Source: Nitrososphaera viennensis EN76
Lineage (GTDB): Archaea; Thermoproteota; Nitrososphaeria; Nitrososphaerales; Nitrososphaeraceae
Length of the DNA stretch: 32,000 nt
Assembly: GCF_000698785.1 (NCBI RefSeq)
Contig: NZ_CP007536.1
Location: forward strand, 1,950,001 to 1,982,000
Direction of reading: 5' to 3'
The translations under genes and the position numbers were made by a program. Below the pieces are notes generated by a model. It was not told the DNA's origin. It searched no databases and saw only the letters and a program-made list of their open reading frames with translations. Positions 1 to 8,001 of the stretch are shown piece by piece (position 1 is the first letter of the stretch; each line of letters opens with the position of its first letter).

Positions 1-2
1 AT

Positions 3-536
3 GATGATGACAACAGCAACAACACCAACAACGACACTATGACCGCGCCGGAAACTAACGGCACAGCAACGACCGACCAGGCAGACAATAGCACCGCCAC
101 TGAAGAAGAAACCCTGACCGCCCCGGAAACTGACAACGCCACAGCAACAACCGGCCAAGAAGACTCTACCGTGATAGTGGGAACAATCGTCGTCAACAGC
201 ACCCAAACAGTAGGCGACTTTGATGAAGACCTTCTGGCCGTGCAAGAGGACAACGCCACACAGACAGCAGCCGCCGAGGTCACCAATGGCACAGTAGTCG
301 ACAGCCAGCTGGACGTGGTACAGGGCTTCCTAGTGTACACGGTTACAGTGCTGGACGTTGCCAACCAAAACCTCTATCATGTAATCGTTGATCCAGGCGA
401 CGGAAGTGTGCTCTACGCCTCGCCAGGCATACCCGTAGGCAACTCGTACATAGAAGATGTAGTAGGTGAAATTGGAGGAGATAGCGGAGACGGGGGAAAC
501 AGCGGGGACGACGATGACGACGACAACGACGAATGA
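3..536 (+). CDS. PepSY-domain secreted protein, 5'-partial (frame open to the window edge), with an N/T/D-rich low-complexity region and a poly-Asp tail
   Basis: The frame is open from nt 3 (DDDNSNNTNNDT...) into the 39..536 ORF. The block VQGFLVYTVTVLDVANQNLYHVIVDPGDGSVLY fits the PepSY pattern. The protein ends GDDDDDDNDE. Confidence 0.6.
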   Translation, partial: DDDNSNNTNNDTMTAPETNGTATTDQADNSTATEEETLTAPETDNATATTGQEDSTVIVGTIVVNSTQTVGDFDEDLLAVQEDNATQTAAAEVTNGTVVDSQLDVVQGFLVYTVTVLDVANQNLYHVIVDPGDGSVLYASPGIPVGNSYIEDVVGEIGGDSGDGGNSGDDDDDDNDE

Positions 537-827
537 TGTATGACGGCAGAGGGCAACGAAACAACCGTGTAGAAGAAGCATAGACGGAGGCTCTCTCTCT
601 TTCTTCAATGGAGGGCTTCTCCCTCTTCCTTTTTATTTCAAATAATAATTAATGATGATGTTATTGCTGCCGCCGCAAAGGCTCTAGCATTCATGTCCAT
701 CATCCGCCAAAAGCATGAGAAAAAGCATCTCAAGGAACACTGGACCTATCCTTTTTAGCGCGGTATTATTGCCGCGTCAGCTATGCTCGTTGTGTTCTTG
801 TTGCTACTATTGCATGTCCGGCAGAGG

Positions 828-1217
828 CTAGTCAAACGGGTTGAGATCTATTTTCTTGAACTTGCCCATGACGTTTTCCAGCAGATCGCCTTCCCCTGTT
901 TTCTCCTGGAGCAGTTTTACTGCTTCTTCTGTGACCTGCTGGGCCTTTTTCTGGTCGTTTATCCCGGCATCAGCGCTGATCTTGCTGATCACCTCTTCGT
1001 TGCTCACGTTCTGCTGGGCCGTCGTGAACTGCTGCTTTTCGCTGTCTGAGAAAATATTTGTAATGCTGGACGGCAGCTTTGACAGAAGACTTGACGCTTT
1101 GTTTGGGTCGGCTTTTTGCAACAGCGTCTTTGAAACCAGAGCGATTGCCGTGTTTGCCTGCTCCGGGGTGATTCCTACGCGCTGGGCCAGTTGATTTACC
1201 AGATCCTGTGTTTCCAT
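828..1217 (-). CDS. hypothetical helical protein (129 aa)
   Basis: ATG-started ORF with natural K/E/Q-rich composition. TTTAAAG lies about 23-29 nt upstream of the ATG on the coding strand (plus coordinates 1239-1246). The overlapping plus-strand ORFs have shadow-like composition. Confidence 0.6.
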   Translation of the reverse strand: METQDLVNQLAQRVGITPEQANTAIALVSKTLLQKADPNKASSLLSKLPSSITNIFSDSEKQQFTTAQQNVSNEEVISKISADAGINDQKKAQQVTEEAVKLLQEKTGEGDLLENVMGKFKKIDLNPFD

Positions 1218-1527
1218 ACAGGATACTATGCAAGATCACTTTAAAGGGTCAAGATTTTCAAGAAAATAGCATCTTCGATAAATTTTTCTTCGTTTTATCT
1301 TGTCGTGTTACTCAGCCCGATTCTGGTACGGCGTTAGCTGGAATATTGTTAGTTGCACTTACACACATACGCGCTAGTCTGATCTCCTAACTGCAAATGT
1401 CGCATAAAGAATGCGCCTATCTTGCATCTTTGCGGCATTTTTTATTGTGCGGGTGCTGTCTATCAAATACATCTCGGAATGCACTTGGCATAAAACAAAA
1501 GCCTCGTCATCGAAACCGTCTCTCTCT

Positions 1528-1563
1528 CCCTGTCCAGCTGCAAGGCATCACAGCTGGACAGGG
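1528..1563 (-). terminator. perfect 13-bp stem / 10-nt loop hairpin followed by a T-rich tract, downstream of the 1595..1861 gene
   Basis: CCCTGTCCAGCTG (1528-1540) pairs perfectly with CAGCTGGACAGGG (1551-1563). On the minus strand it sits about 32 nt after the stop codon and is followed by CTTTTGTTTTA (plus coordinates about 1490-1500). Confidence 0.4.
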
Positions 1564-1594
1564 CGCAAGTGAGTTAGCTACTATTGCTAGATTA

Positions 1595-1861
1595 TTATTT
1601 GTCGTCCAGGAACGTCATCTGAGGCAGGTTGACAGAAGGATTCTCTTTTAGTGCCTGCGCGTGAATCGATTCTATGTACTTGCGTGCCCGGGTTAGATCG
1701 TTAGTCTGGAAGATAAACAGCACTTCGTTTGAGTCATCCGCATTGCGCCAAACGTGCTTCAGGTACAGCCCCTGCTCTGCGTGCTTTAGTACGTCTGCCT
1801 TCAGCACGCTCTTGATGTCTTCAAATTTTGCTCCTCTGAGTTTTGCCAGTACGTGTGCCAT
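1595..1861 (-). CDS. small hypothetical protein (88 aa), possibly a ferredoxin-like alpha+beta (Dabb/ABM-like) fold
   Basis: ATG ORF with balanced composition (MAHVLAKLRGAKFEDIKSVLKADVLKHAEQGLYLKHVW...). The fold assignment is only an impression. Confidence 0.55.
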   Translation of the reverse strand: MAHVLAKLRGAKFEDIKSVLKADVLKHAEQGLYLKHVWRNADDSNEVLFIFQTNDLTRARKYIESIHAQALKENPSVNLPQMTFLDDK

Positions 1862-1996
1862 GATATATTGAGCCTAGTGTTATCTCTGTATCTATATGAA
1901 AATATCTTCAGGCTGTAGTTCGGAAATAGCCGTGAACCCCGCTCAAGAACCAAACGGCATCAAGACATTTTATCAAGTTTTACCAGATAATATGCG

Positions 1997-2944
1997 ATGC
2001 CCTTGAGGGAAGTCGAGAATGTAGAGGTCACCTGCCTAGTCGACAATAACGTAGACGTGCTTTTGCCAGATACCGAAGTGGCGCACCGGCCAGTTCTGGC
2101 GGAAAATTGGTATGAACGGCCGCTGATTGCAGAGCACGGGTTTTCTGCAGCTGTAACACTGGAGGTGAATGGAAGAAAGCACAGGCTGTTGCTCGATTCT
2201 GGCCTGGATCCGCTGGCTGCCGCTCACAACGCAGACATGCTTGGCTTTGACTTGACGAGCTGCGAGCTAGTCATTTCGAGCCACGGCCACATCGACCATG
2301 CCGGAGGTCTGCTCAGTGTCAGGAAAAAGATGAATCCAGGGCAAAGAGTCCCCCTCGTGCTCCACAAGGACGCCTTTAGAAACAGGATGGTAAAATTCCA
2401 GGACGGCAGGAAGATAATAAATCTGCCGGCGCCAAACAGGTCCCTTCTGGCCCAGGCAGGGTACGAGATCGTCGAGGAGCAGTCTCACAGCCTGTGGATC
2501 GACGGCAGCGTGCTTGTCACCGGGGAAATAGCTAGAAGTAACAATTTTGAAAAAGGCCTTCCCAACCACTATTCGGAAGTGGAAGAAGGGGGAAAGATGG
2601 AAAACGACCCGCTGATCAAAGACGATCAGGCCGTCATCTTGAATGTCAAAGACAAAGGACTTGTGATTATCACGGGCTGCGGGCATGCGGGGATAATAAA
2701 CACTCTAAATTATGCCAAGGAATTGACAGGAGAAGATAGGATATACGCCGTGCTCGGAGGGATGCACCTGACAGGCGGGCTCTTTGAGCCAATAATCCCC
2801 AGAACCACGGACGAGCTTGAGGGATTGAAGCCCAAGTTCGTCGTTCCATGTCACTGCTCCGGCTTGAAAGCTGTCACCCAGATAGCCAGAAAGATGCCCG
2901 ATGCTTTTATGCAAAATAGTGTCGGAACCAACTATACCTTCTGA
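1997..2944 (+). CDS. MBL-fold metallo-hydrolase, COG1237 family (MJ0301-like)
   Basis: N-terminus VTCLVDNNVD, AEHGFS, metal motif SSHGHIDHAGG, ITGCGHAGIIN, GGMHL and PCHCSG all follow the COG1237 beta-lactamase-fold architecture. Confidence 0.8.
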   Translation: MPLREVENVEVTCLVDNNVDVLLPDTEVAHRPVLAENWYERPLIAEHGFSAAVTLEVNGRKHRLLLDSGLDPLAAAHNADMLGFDLTSCELVISSHGHIDHAGGLLSVRKKMNPGQRVPLVLHKDAFRNRMVKFQDGRKIINLPAPNRSLLAQAGYEIVEEQSHSLWIDGSVLVTGEIARSNNFEKGLPNHYSEVEEGGKMENDPLIKDDQAVILNVKDKGLVIITGCGHAGIINTLNYAKELTGEDRIYAVLGGMHLTGGLFEPIIPRTTDELEGLKPKFVVPCHCSGLKAVTQIARKMPDAFMQNSVGTNYTF

Positions 2945-2990
2945 AGCTAGTCGAGTTGTCCACTCTGATTCTAACTTTATATTTTTCAAG

Positions 2991-3155
2991 ATGGCAAACT
3001 GTCATTGCAAGTTGAAGTGCGCGTGTTGCGGTGGAGAGATGACAGCAGACCAAGAGCTTGAAAAGACGATAATTTACAAATGCACAGAATGCGGTTTGAG
3101 CAACTCTGTTGTAAAGGACAATTCCGCCACCGCCACTACTACAGACGGGGCATAG
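2991..3155 (+). CDS. small zinc-ribbon protein (54 aa)
   Basis: Internal ATG of the 2901..3155 ORF gives MANCHCKLKCACCGGEM...YKCTECGL, i.e. two Cys clusters typical of a Zn ribbon. It lies 47 nt after the MBL gene stop. Confidence 0.4.
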   Translation: MANCHCKLKCACCGGEMTADQELEKTIIYKCTECGLSNSVVKDNSATATTTDGA

Positions 3156-3182
3156 AAGAAAATCCGCCAATTTGACGCTGTC

Positions 3183-3572
3183 CTATCTGAGCACTTTGAT
3201 TTCCTTTCTCTTTCCATCGAGGCATATCCTGTAATTGTCAAGTATGTCCCTGCCCAAGAGCGCCTTCGCTGGCGTGCGCTCTGGCAAATCAAGGCATCCC
3301 ACATGGACGCTTTCATACAGCTCGCCAAAAACCTCGATAGATACCTCGTAGTAAGGGATGTGGATTATTCCTGCTCCGGTTACCGTCTCGTCGCTGCCTG
3401 CAAACGAAAGGTTCATGTCATTTGCAATGTACGTAGGTATTATCGTCTTTGATGAAGCAAAATCAAGATGGGCATCGACGACAATTTTCTTGTTGGACCC
3501 TGCATCAATGATTCCCATGCTGACCAGTGGCAGGTTATTCTTGTATTGGATCGTTAATGCTTCTGATATCAT
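3183..3572 (-). CDS. retropepsin-like (clan AA, AF_0612/DTGF-type) aspartic protease homologue with a non-canonical active-site tetrad
   Basis: Layout is KKIVVDAHLDFASSKTIIP...GAGIIHIPYYEVSIEVFGE...ALLGRDILDNYRICLDGKRKEIKV. The LLGxDxL and xxDxxxxxxxx tail is typical of single-domain retropepsin-like proteins. DFAS replaces the expected DTGF/DTGA. Confidence 0.55.
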   Translation of the reverse strand: MISEALTIQYKNNLPLVSMGIIDAGSNKKIVVDAHLDFASSKTIIPTYIANDMNLSFAGSDETVTGAGIIHIPYYEVSIEVFGELYESVHVGCLDLPERTPAKALLGRDILDNYRICLDGKRKEIKVLR

Positions 3573-3712
3573 GCGTGCTGCATCGTAGTACTATTACAGC
3601 TGCCCCGCCTAAAAGAGTTAGATGGTTGCTCACGAGAGTAAGTGCATCGCCCTCGTAGAAATTGCGTCACCGACTGTAAAAGGTTAAAGTACTGTAACAG
3701 CCCATGTAATAC

Positions 3713-3934
3713 GTGGTACGCAAATTTGAGGAATGGTGGAATAGTGTTCCCGCGGATCTTCGACAAAAAGCCCGCGCGGGCGACGAGGCAAACAAGCCGT
3801 TGCTGAACCAGGTTAACTATGTCCTTCTGCACCTTCACCTGGCAGGCAAACATGACCAGAAACCGTCTCATGAGGAACTCAAGGATTGGTTGCACAGCGG
3901 CCAAGTAGATGTGCTCAGAATGGCCAAGAAGTAG
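3713..3934 (+). CDS. hypothetical small protein (73 aa), GTG start
   Basis: Natural composition (VRKFEEWWNSVPADLRQKARAGDEANKPLL...). TTAAAG lies about 25 nt upstream of the GTG. The antisense 134-aa ORF has shadow-like L/R/C/F-rich composition. Confidence 0.45.
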   Translation: MVRKFEEWWNSVPADLRQKARAGDEANKPLLNQVNYVLLHLHLAGKHDQKPSHEELKDWLHSGQVDVLRMAKK

Positions 3935-4149
3935 AGCCCGGCATATGTCGTCTGCAAGGGCTGGTAACTGCACAAAGTCGGCAAAAGAGCGAGGCGGGTA
4001 GCAGCATATATGCCAGGCTGAAAAATTCGGGCCTAGACGGCGTAGAGAAGGACATGGTTTTTCGACCTTGCATTATAGTAGTGGCCATTTTCATATACGC
4101 AGAACGTCATAGACAGGTTGAGGTTTCCATCGTGCGTTGAATTCCCATG

Positions 4150-4968
4150 TTATCTGACAATAACCTCGCCTGCGTCTCTTCTCGGAGTTGGCTTCACGTC
4201 TTTACCATATCCAAGCCGCATGAGTAGTTGTGGGTACCCCGCACTTCTGCCCGTTGCTTCGCGCAACTTCGAAGCTCCTGCACTCCAATATGGGTTGATT
4301 CATGAATGATGCCCAGATATTGTCTGCGCGAGCGCGCAAAAGTATTCTCGCAACAGCCTGGCCGGCTTGCATCCAGTTCAGCGGCTCATCGGCGTCAGTT
4401 CCAAGCACAGTCAGGACCGGCGAACCTGTAGCCAACTGCCTGTCCCTGGCAGCCTGGCCCTTGCCGATGTCAAACGTCCTTATCAAAAAAGGACCCATGT
4501 GTGATACGATGTCTGGCATGCCATGCGCATATCCCGGCATACCATCCTGCTCTGGCTTCTGTTAGGGTGGATCCAGGCGGCGAGTTCTCGGCAGAATTTT
4601 TTATCTGACAGTTGTATCCTGTCTCCCTGGGAAATCAAGTCTGCCAAACCATTCTTTTGCAGCTCTTCTTCAACGATGTCAAGCCAAGCACTATGCGCTC
4701 TGGCGATATCCTTCAGCGATGATAGAAGGTCGCCTGGCAATTTTCTATTTTCAAATGGTGATCTATTTGATCTCCTTTTTGTGATGGCCTCAAAGAGCAC
4801 AATGTCCTGCTGGGCCTGTTTCTGGATCACCTCATTATCAATTTCCTTGAAACTGACCTTTGCGAGCAGGTCAGGATTATCATCATCATCGTTCTTACCC
4901 TCTGGCAAGAGTTCGACTGTCTCTGCCAAAATAGGAATCCCTCGTTTACGCACGGAAATCCGGCGCAT
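4150..4968 (-). pseudogene. nitroreductase-family (Acg-like FMN-binding) gene remnant: 5'-truncated with two frameshifts
   Basis: Three frames must be joined. The frame 4968->~4545 reads ...TKRRSNRSPFENRKLP...AAWIHPNRSQSR. A second frame, ~4546->~4275, reads DGMPGYAHGMPDIVSHMGPFLIRTFDIG...WMQAGQAVARILLRA...MNQPILE. A third frame reads SKLREATGRSAGYPQLLMRLGYGKDVKPTPRRDAGEVIVR and stops at 4150-4152. The family's N-terminal part appears to be absent. Confidence 0.7.
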
Positions 4969-5022
4969 TTTGTAATCCCGTATCTGAAAGATAATAAACT
5001 ATCACGGTACCATATCTCCACA

Positions 5023-5316
5023 ATGGAGCACATAATATTCCATCATAATGGAAAAGAATATGCCGTCTATGATGCTCTGACACTTGATGAGATTAAGACG
5101 ATAATGAAAATGAGCGATGAGCGGGACAGAAAGTTGAATCCACTCAATTCCAAATCAACAAGAAAATATTTTGAAGATACAGACAAGATGGCAGCAGCAT
5201 TACTGAGAAGATGCTTTCACATGACCGACAGCCAAATCTCAGACATCGAGCAGATTGAGCGCCGAAGCCTCGCCAGCGCTTTTATCCGATTTCTCAGGTC
5301 TGCAAATGGTCTGTAG
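5023..5316 (+). CDS. hypothetical protein (97 aa)
   Basis: ATG ORF with an ATAATAAA box about 25-31 nt upstream and ordinary composition. No motif recognised. Confidence 0.5.
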   Translation: MEHIIFHHNGKEYAVYDALTLDEIKTIMKMSDERDRKLNPLNSKSTRKYFEDTDKMAAALLRRCFHMTDSQISDIEQIERRSLASAFIRFLRSANGL

Positions 5317-5477
5317 CTGCTCTGCGACTTTGGTGTAGAAAGAGGCAGAACGACAAACCCCTCCTTCTTTGAGCGTGAGAAGGCAAGTCATAGGAGGCAA
5401 CTCTTAATCCAAATAGGTGATTTCTTATCTAAAAAATAGTCACAATCCTTAAGAATTGCTTCACTTAGAGAGCAATT

Positions 5478-5876
5478 ATGGAATATGGCAAGTTTGGGAG
5501 GCCTATTCGCGCAGGGATAATAATAGTAGTATCTGCAATACTGGTAGTTACCATGACGGTGTCTTCTCTTGGCACGAAACAAGCATACGCGCAGGTGAAT
5601 CTGACAGGTGTTTGGACTGCTGATGATGGAGGGACTTATTACATCCGTCAAATTGGTTCAACTGTGTGGTGGTTTGGCACAAACGGCCAAGATGGATTTG
5701 CCAATGTATACAAGGGGACTATCCGTGGAGATAATGTGCGAGGTCTTTGGGCAGACGTCCCGTACGCGGTAACTAGCAGTGGTGGCCAGCTGGTACTCAG
5801 AATAATCGACAATGACACGCTGGAAAAAGTTAGTCAAACAGGCGGATTCTCTGGCTCGCTCTGGCAAAGAGCATAA
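5478..5876 (+). CDS. secreted/membrane-anchored hypothetical protein (132 aa)
   Basis: N-terminal hydrophobic anchor IRAGIIIVVSAILVVTMTV followed by AYAQ. The W/G-rich beta-type domain reads GVWTADDGGTYYIRQIGSTVWWFG... Confidence 0.65.
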   Translation: MEYGKFGRPIRAGIIIVVSAILVVTMTVSSLGTKQAYAQVNLTGVWTADDGGTYYIRQIGSTVWWFGTNGQDGFANVYKGTIRGDNVRGLWADVPYAVTSSGGQLVLRIIDNDTLEKVSQTGGFSGSLWQRA

Positions 5877-5975
5877 TGTGGCACCTGTCATCCTTCATTT
5901 TTCCTTAGACACCGATGCAGAAGGAGCCAAATTTTTCATCTACAGGCTAATTTAACGTGGAATCAAAAAGCATCA

Positions 5976-6671
5976 CTATTTTGTAACTACAACTTCGCCT
6001 TTCATCCAGGGGTGCACTAGACAAACGTAGTTGTACGTTCCAGCTTGGGTGAATGTAACCGCAAATTGATTTATCGGCGGAACTCCCTGTGGGGTCTGGT
6101 CCTTTGGCCAGATCCATCCAGAGTTGACGAATTTTTCTGTACCATCCATGCTGTATTCTGCATCAAGTGCCAAGTATGATGCTTTATCGTCTGAATTTAT
6201 GACATCGGGAAAGAATGAGCGCTTGTTTAGCGTGACTACAATATTTGTATCGTTGTCATTAGGCATGATGAAAGGTTCTCCATTCGAGCTAGGTGAAAGA
6301 GGGGTGAAGGTTACGTTTTTGGATACTATAAAGGGCGAGCCAAAATCTGCAAAGGTGCTATTGTCTTTCATGAAAGTTACCGTGTGAGGCTCGCTAACGA
6401 GTGTGGGGTTAATCCATACCACCTTTTCACCGACTTTGATTTCTATGTGACTGGGTATGAAAACGGTCAGCGGGGCTTCTGCGCCGCCTGCCCCGGCTCG
6501 TACCGTGGTAACCTTGCCTGTAGAAGTTGTTGTTGAGGATTTGGTTGGGTCAAGCTGCTGCTGTTGTTGTTGCTGTCCCTGCGATGCATTTGTAAGAGAG
6601 ATCGTTCCCGCGATGGCCATGAAAAGTCCTGCTGCAATTGCGGCGGTTAAAACAAGACCTCGCCTTACCAC
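5976..6671 (-). CDS. type-1 blue copper (cupredoxin, plastocyanin/amicyanin-like) protein with signal anchor and poly-Gln/Thr linker
   Basis: It has a signal anchor, a QQQQQQQQ and STTTST linker, a His ligand context PHTVTF, and the C-terminal ligand loop YVCLVHPWMKG (Cys-x2-His-x2-Met). Confidence 0.8.
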   Translation of the reverse strand: MVRRGLVLTAAIAAGLFMAIAGTISLTNASQGQQQQQQQLDPTKSSTTTSTGKVTTVRAGAGGAEAPLTVFIPSHIEIKVGEKVVWINPTLVSEPHTVTFMKDNSTFADFGSPFIVSKNVTFTPLSPSSNGEPFIMPNDNDTNIVVTLNKRSFFPDVINSDDKASYLALDAEYSMDGTEKFVNSGWIWPKDQTPQGVPPINQFAVTFTQAGTYNYVCLVHPWMKGEVVVTK

Positions 6672-7163
6672 ACTACCACCATCATCATCCGCAGTATCTT
6701 TGCAGGATCATTGCTTATAAGAATGTGGGAATTGGTGCATAGAACCGCGATATCGTAGAAAAATAGTACTGGCCATCCTCCGAGGAAGAATCCGCGGCAT
6801 TGGCAAATTCAAGACGTACGAGATCGACCCCAACGCCGACCGGAAGAGGTTCTGGCCGGAGAGGATAGCAACAGTTCACGGCGAGTTATGCATTGGCTCC
6901 ATGCCTCTTGATGTTAACTTGGATGGCAGGCTATACGCCAAGGAATCTGGCTTGTCGTTTTATAGCGAGCAGGATGACCGCATCGGACACAGTTTATCCA
7001 GCTGTCCAAGATTGCGCACTATACGGACAGGCGTATAGAAAAGTCTTACAGCTCCAAGTTTGGTTAGCGGGTAGAAACGACTTACCAAACAGCTATACTT
7101 TTTCTGCATTCTTGTGATATATCGCAGAGTCTTTGATAGTCACATATTAATACTTGTGTAACG

Positions 7164-7186
7164 ATACTCTTGTTATACAAGAGTAT
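7164..7186. promoter_or_regulatory. perfect 10-bp inverted repeat (3-nt spacer) overlapping the abiEi start codon: candidate AbiEi autoregulatory operator
   Basis: ATACTCTTGT-TAT-ACAAGAGTAT occupies 7164-7186 and the ATG is at 7185. An ATATTAATA TATA-like box lies at 7144-7152. Confidence 0.4.
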
Positions 7187-8000
7187 GAGCACACAGCACT
7201 TAAAACTTGGAGCACAAGAGCTCAGGTTGCTCTTTACTCTTGAGAAAGAAAACAAGAGCATCTTCTCAATGAGAGACGCCAAGAAGATACTTGGGACTTC
7301 CGACGCCTCGGTATGGAACGTCATCTACCGCCTCAAGAAAAAGAAGAGGATAGAGGAAATAGAGCGAGGAAAGTACCTGCTCATACCTGCCAGGGCAGGA
7401 TATGAAGGACTGTGGTCAGAGGTTCCGTTTCTGATACTGCCTAACATCTTGAATGAATACTATGTTGGCTTTTACTCTGCCCTCAATTACTGGGGAATGA
7501 CAGAGCAGGTGCCGCGTGTAGTGTTTGTTGCCACAACTAAAAGAAGAAGAGACCTGGAATACGGTCCGAATCTCTTCAAATTCGTAAAACTGTCGAAAAC
7601 AAGGTTCTTTGGATTTGAAGAAGGCGAGATGGCAGGAACCAAGTTCAAGATATCATCTAGAGAAAAGACAGTACTGGACTGCTTGATGTATCCCAAATAC
7701 TGTGGCGGGATTGATGAGGTTGTAAAAGGCATATGGGAGGCAAAGAGCGAGCTGGACTTTGATAAACTTCTAGAATATGCCAAAAGACTTGGGATTAGCG
7801 TCGTGACTAGAAGGCTAGGTTATGTGCTTGAAGTGCTCAACATCAAAAAGGAAGTGGCTGACAGGATAGCCTCTAGCAAATTCAAGGGATTCATGTGGCT
7901 TGATCCGCTAGGACCAAAGAAAGTTATTGGATATTCAAAGAAATATGGCTTGATAATCAATAGGTCCGAAAAAGAGCTGAAACAATGGATGGGGTACTAG
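7185..8000 (+). CDS. abiEi: AbiEi-family antitoxin / COG5340-type transcriptional regulator (type IV TA system)
   Basis: The N-terminal wHTH pattern is SIFSMRDAKKILGTSDASVWNVIYRLKKKKRIEEIERGKYLLIP. The large C-terminal domain is typical of AbiEi_4/COG5340. It sits immediately upstream of an AbiEii homologue. I prefer the ATG at 7185 over the TTG at 7170. Confidence 0.75.
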   Translation: MSTQHLKLGAQELRLLFTLEKENKSIFSMRDAKKILGTSDASVWNVIYRLKKKKRIEEIERGKYLLIPARAGYEGLWSEVPFLILPNILNEYYVGFYSALNYWGMTEQVPRVVFVATTKRRRDLEYGPNLFKFVKLSKTRFFGFEEGEMAGTKFKISSREKTVLDCLMYPKYCGGIDEVVKGIWEAKSELDFDKLLEYAKRLGISVVTRRLGYVLEVLNIKKEVADRIASSKFKGFMWLDPLGPKKVIGYSKKYGLIINRSEKELKQWMGY

Positions 8001-8001
8001 A

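Noticed and set aside
783-1239. Plus-strand ORFs 783..1049 and 841..1194, and minus-strand ORF 970..1239
   Set aside because: They overlap the better-supported 828..1217 minus-strand gene and have repetitive L/F/S/C-rich or R/G/K-rich shadow composition.
3569-3973. 134-aa minus-strand ORF whose stop overlaps the retropepsin-like start (ATGA)
   Set aside because: Its composition is L/R/C/F/Q-rich and unnatural. The opposite-strand 73-aa ORF has better composition and a TATA-like box at the right distance, so the ATGA overlap is probably coincidental.
5023-5316. Possible phage tail-assembly-chaperone-like protein
   Set aside because: The resemblance is only a vague pattern impression (small acidic protein, 'GKEY.V..LT..E'). 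There are no neighbouring phage genes, so the evidence is insufficient to call it.
6893-7324. ORFs 6893..7117 (+) and 7082..7324 (-)
   Set aside because: They are short, have unnatural composition and no motifs. The second overlaps the abiEi promoter and start. A different plus frame in this region looks more protein-like and is reported separately as a possible remnant.
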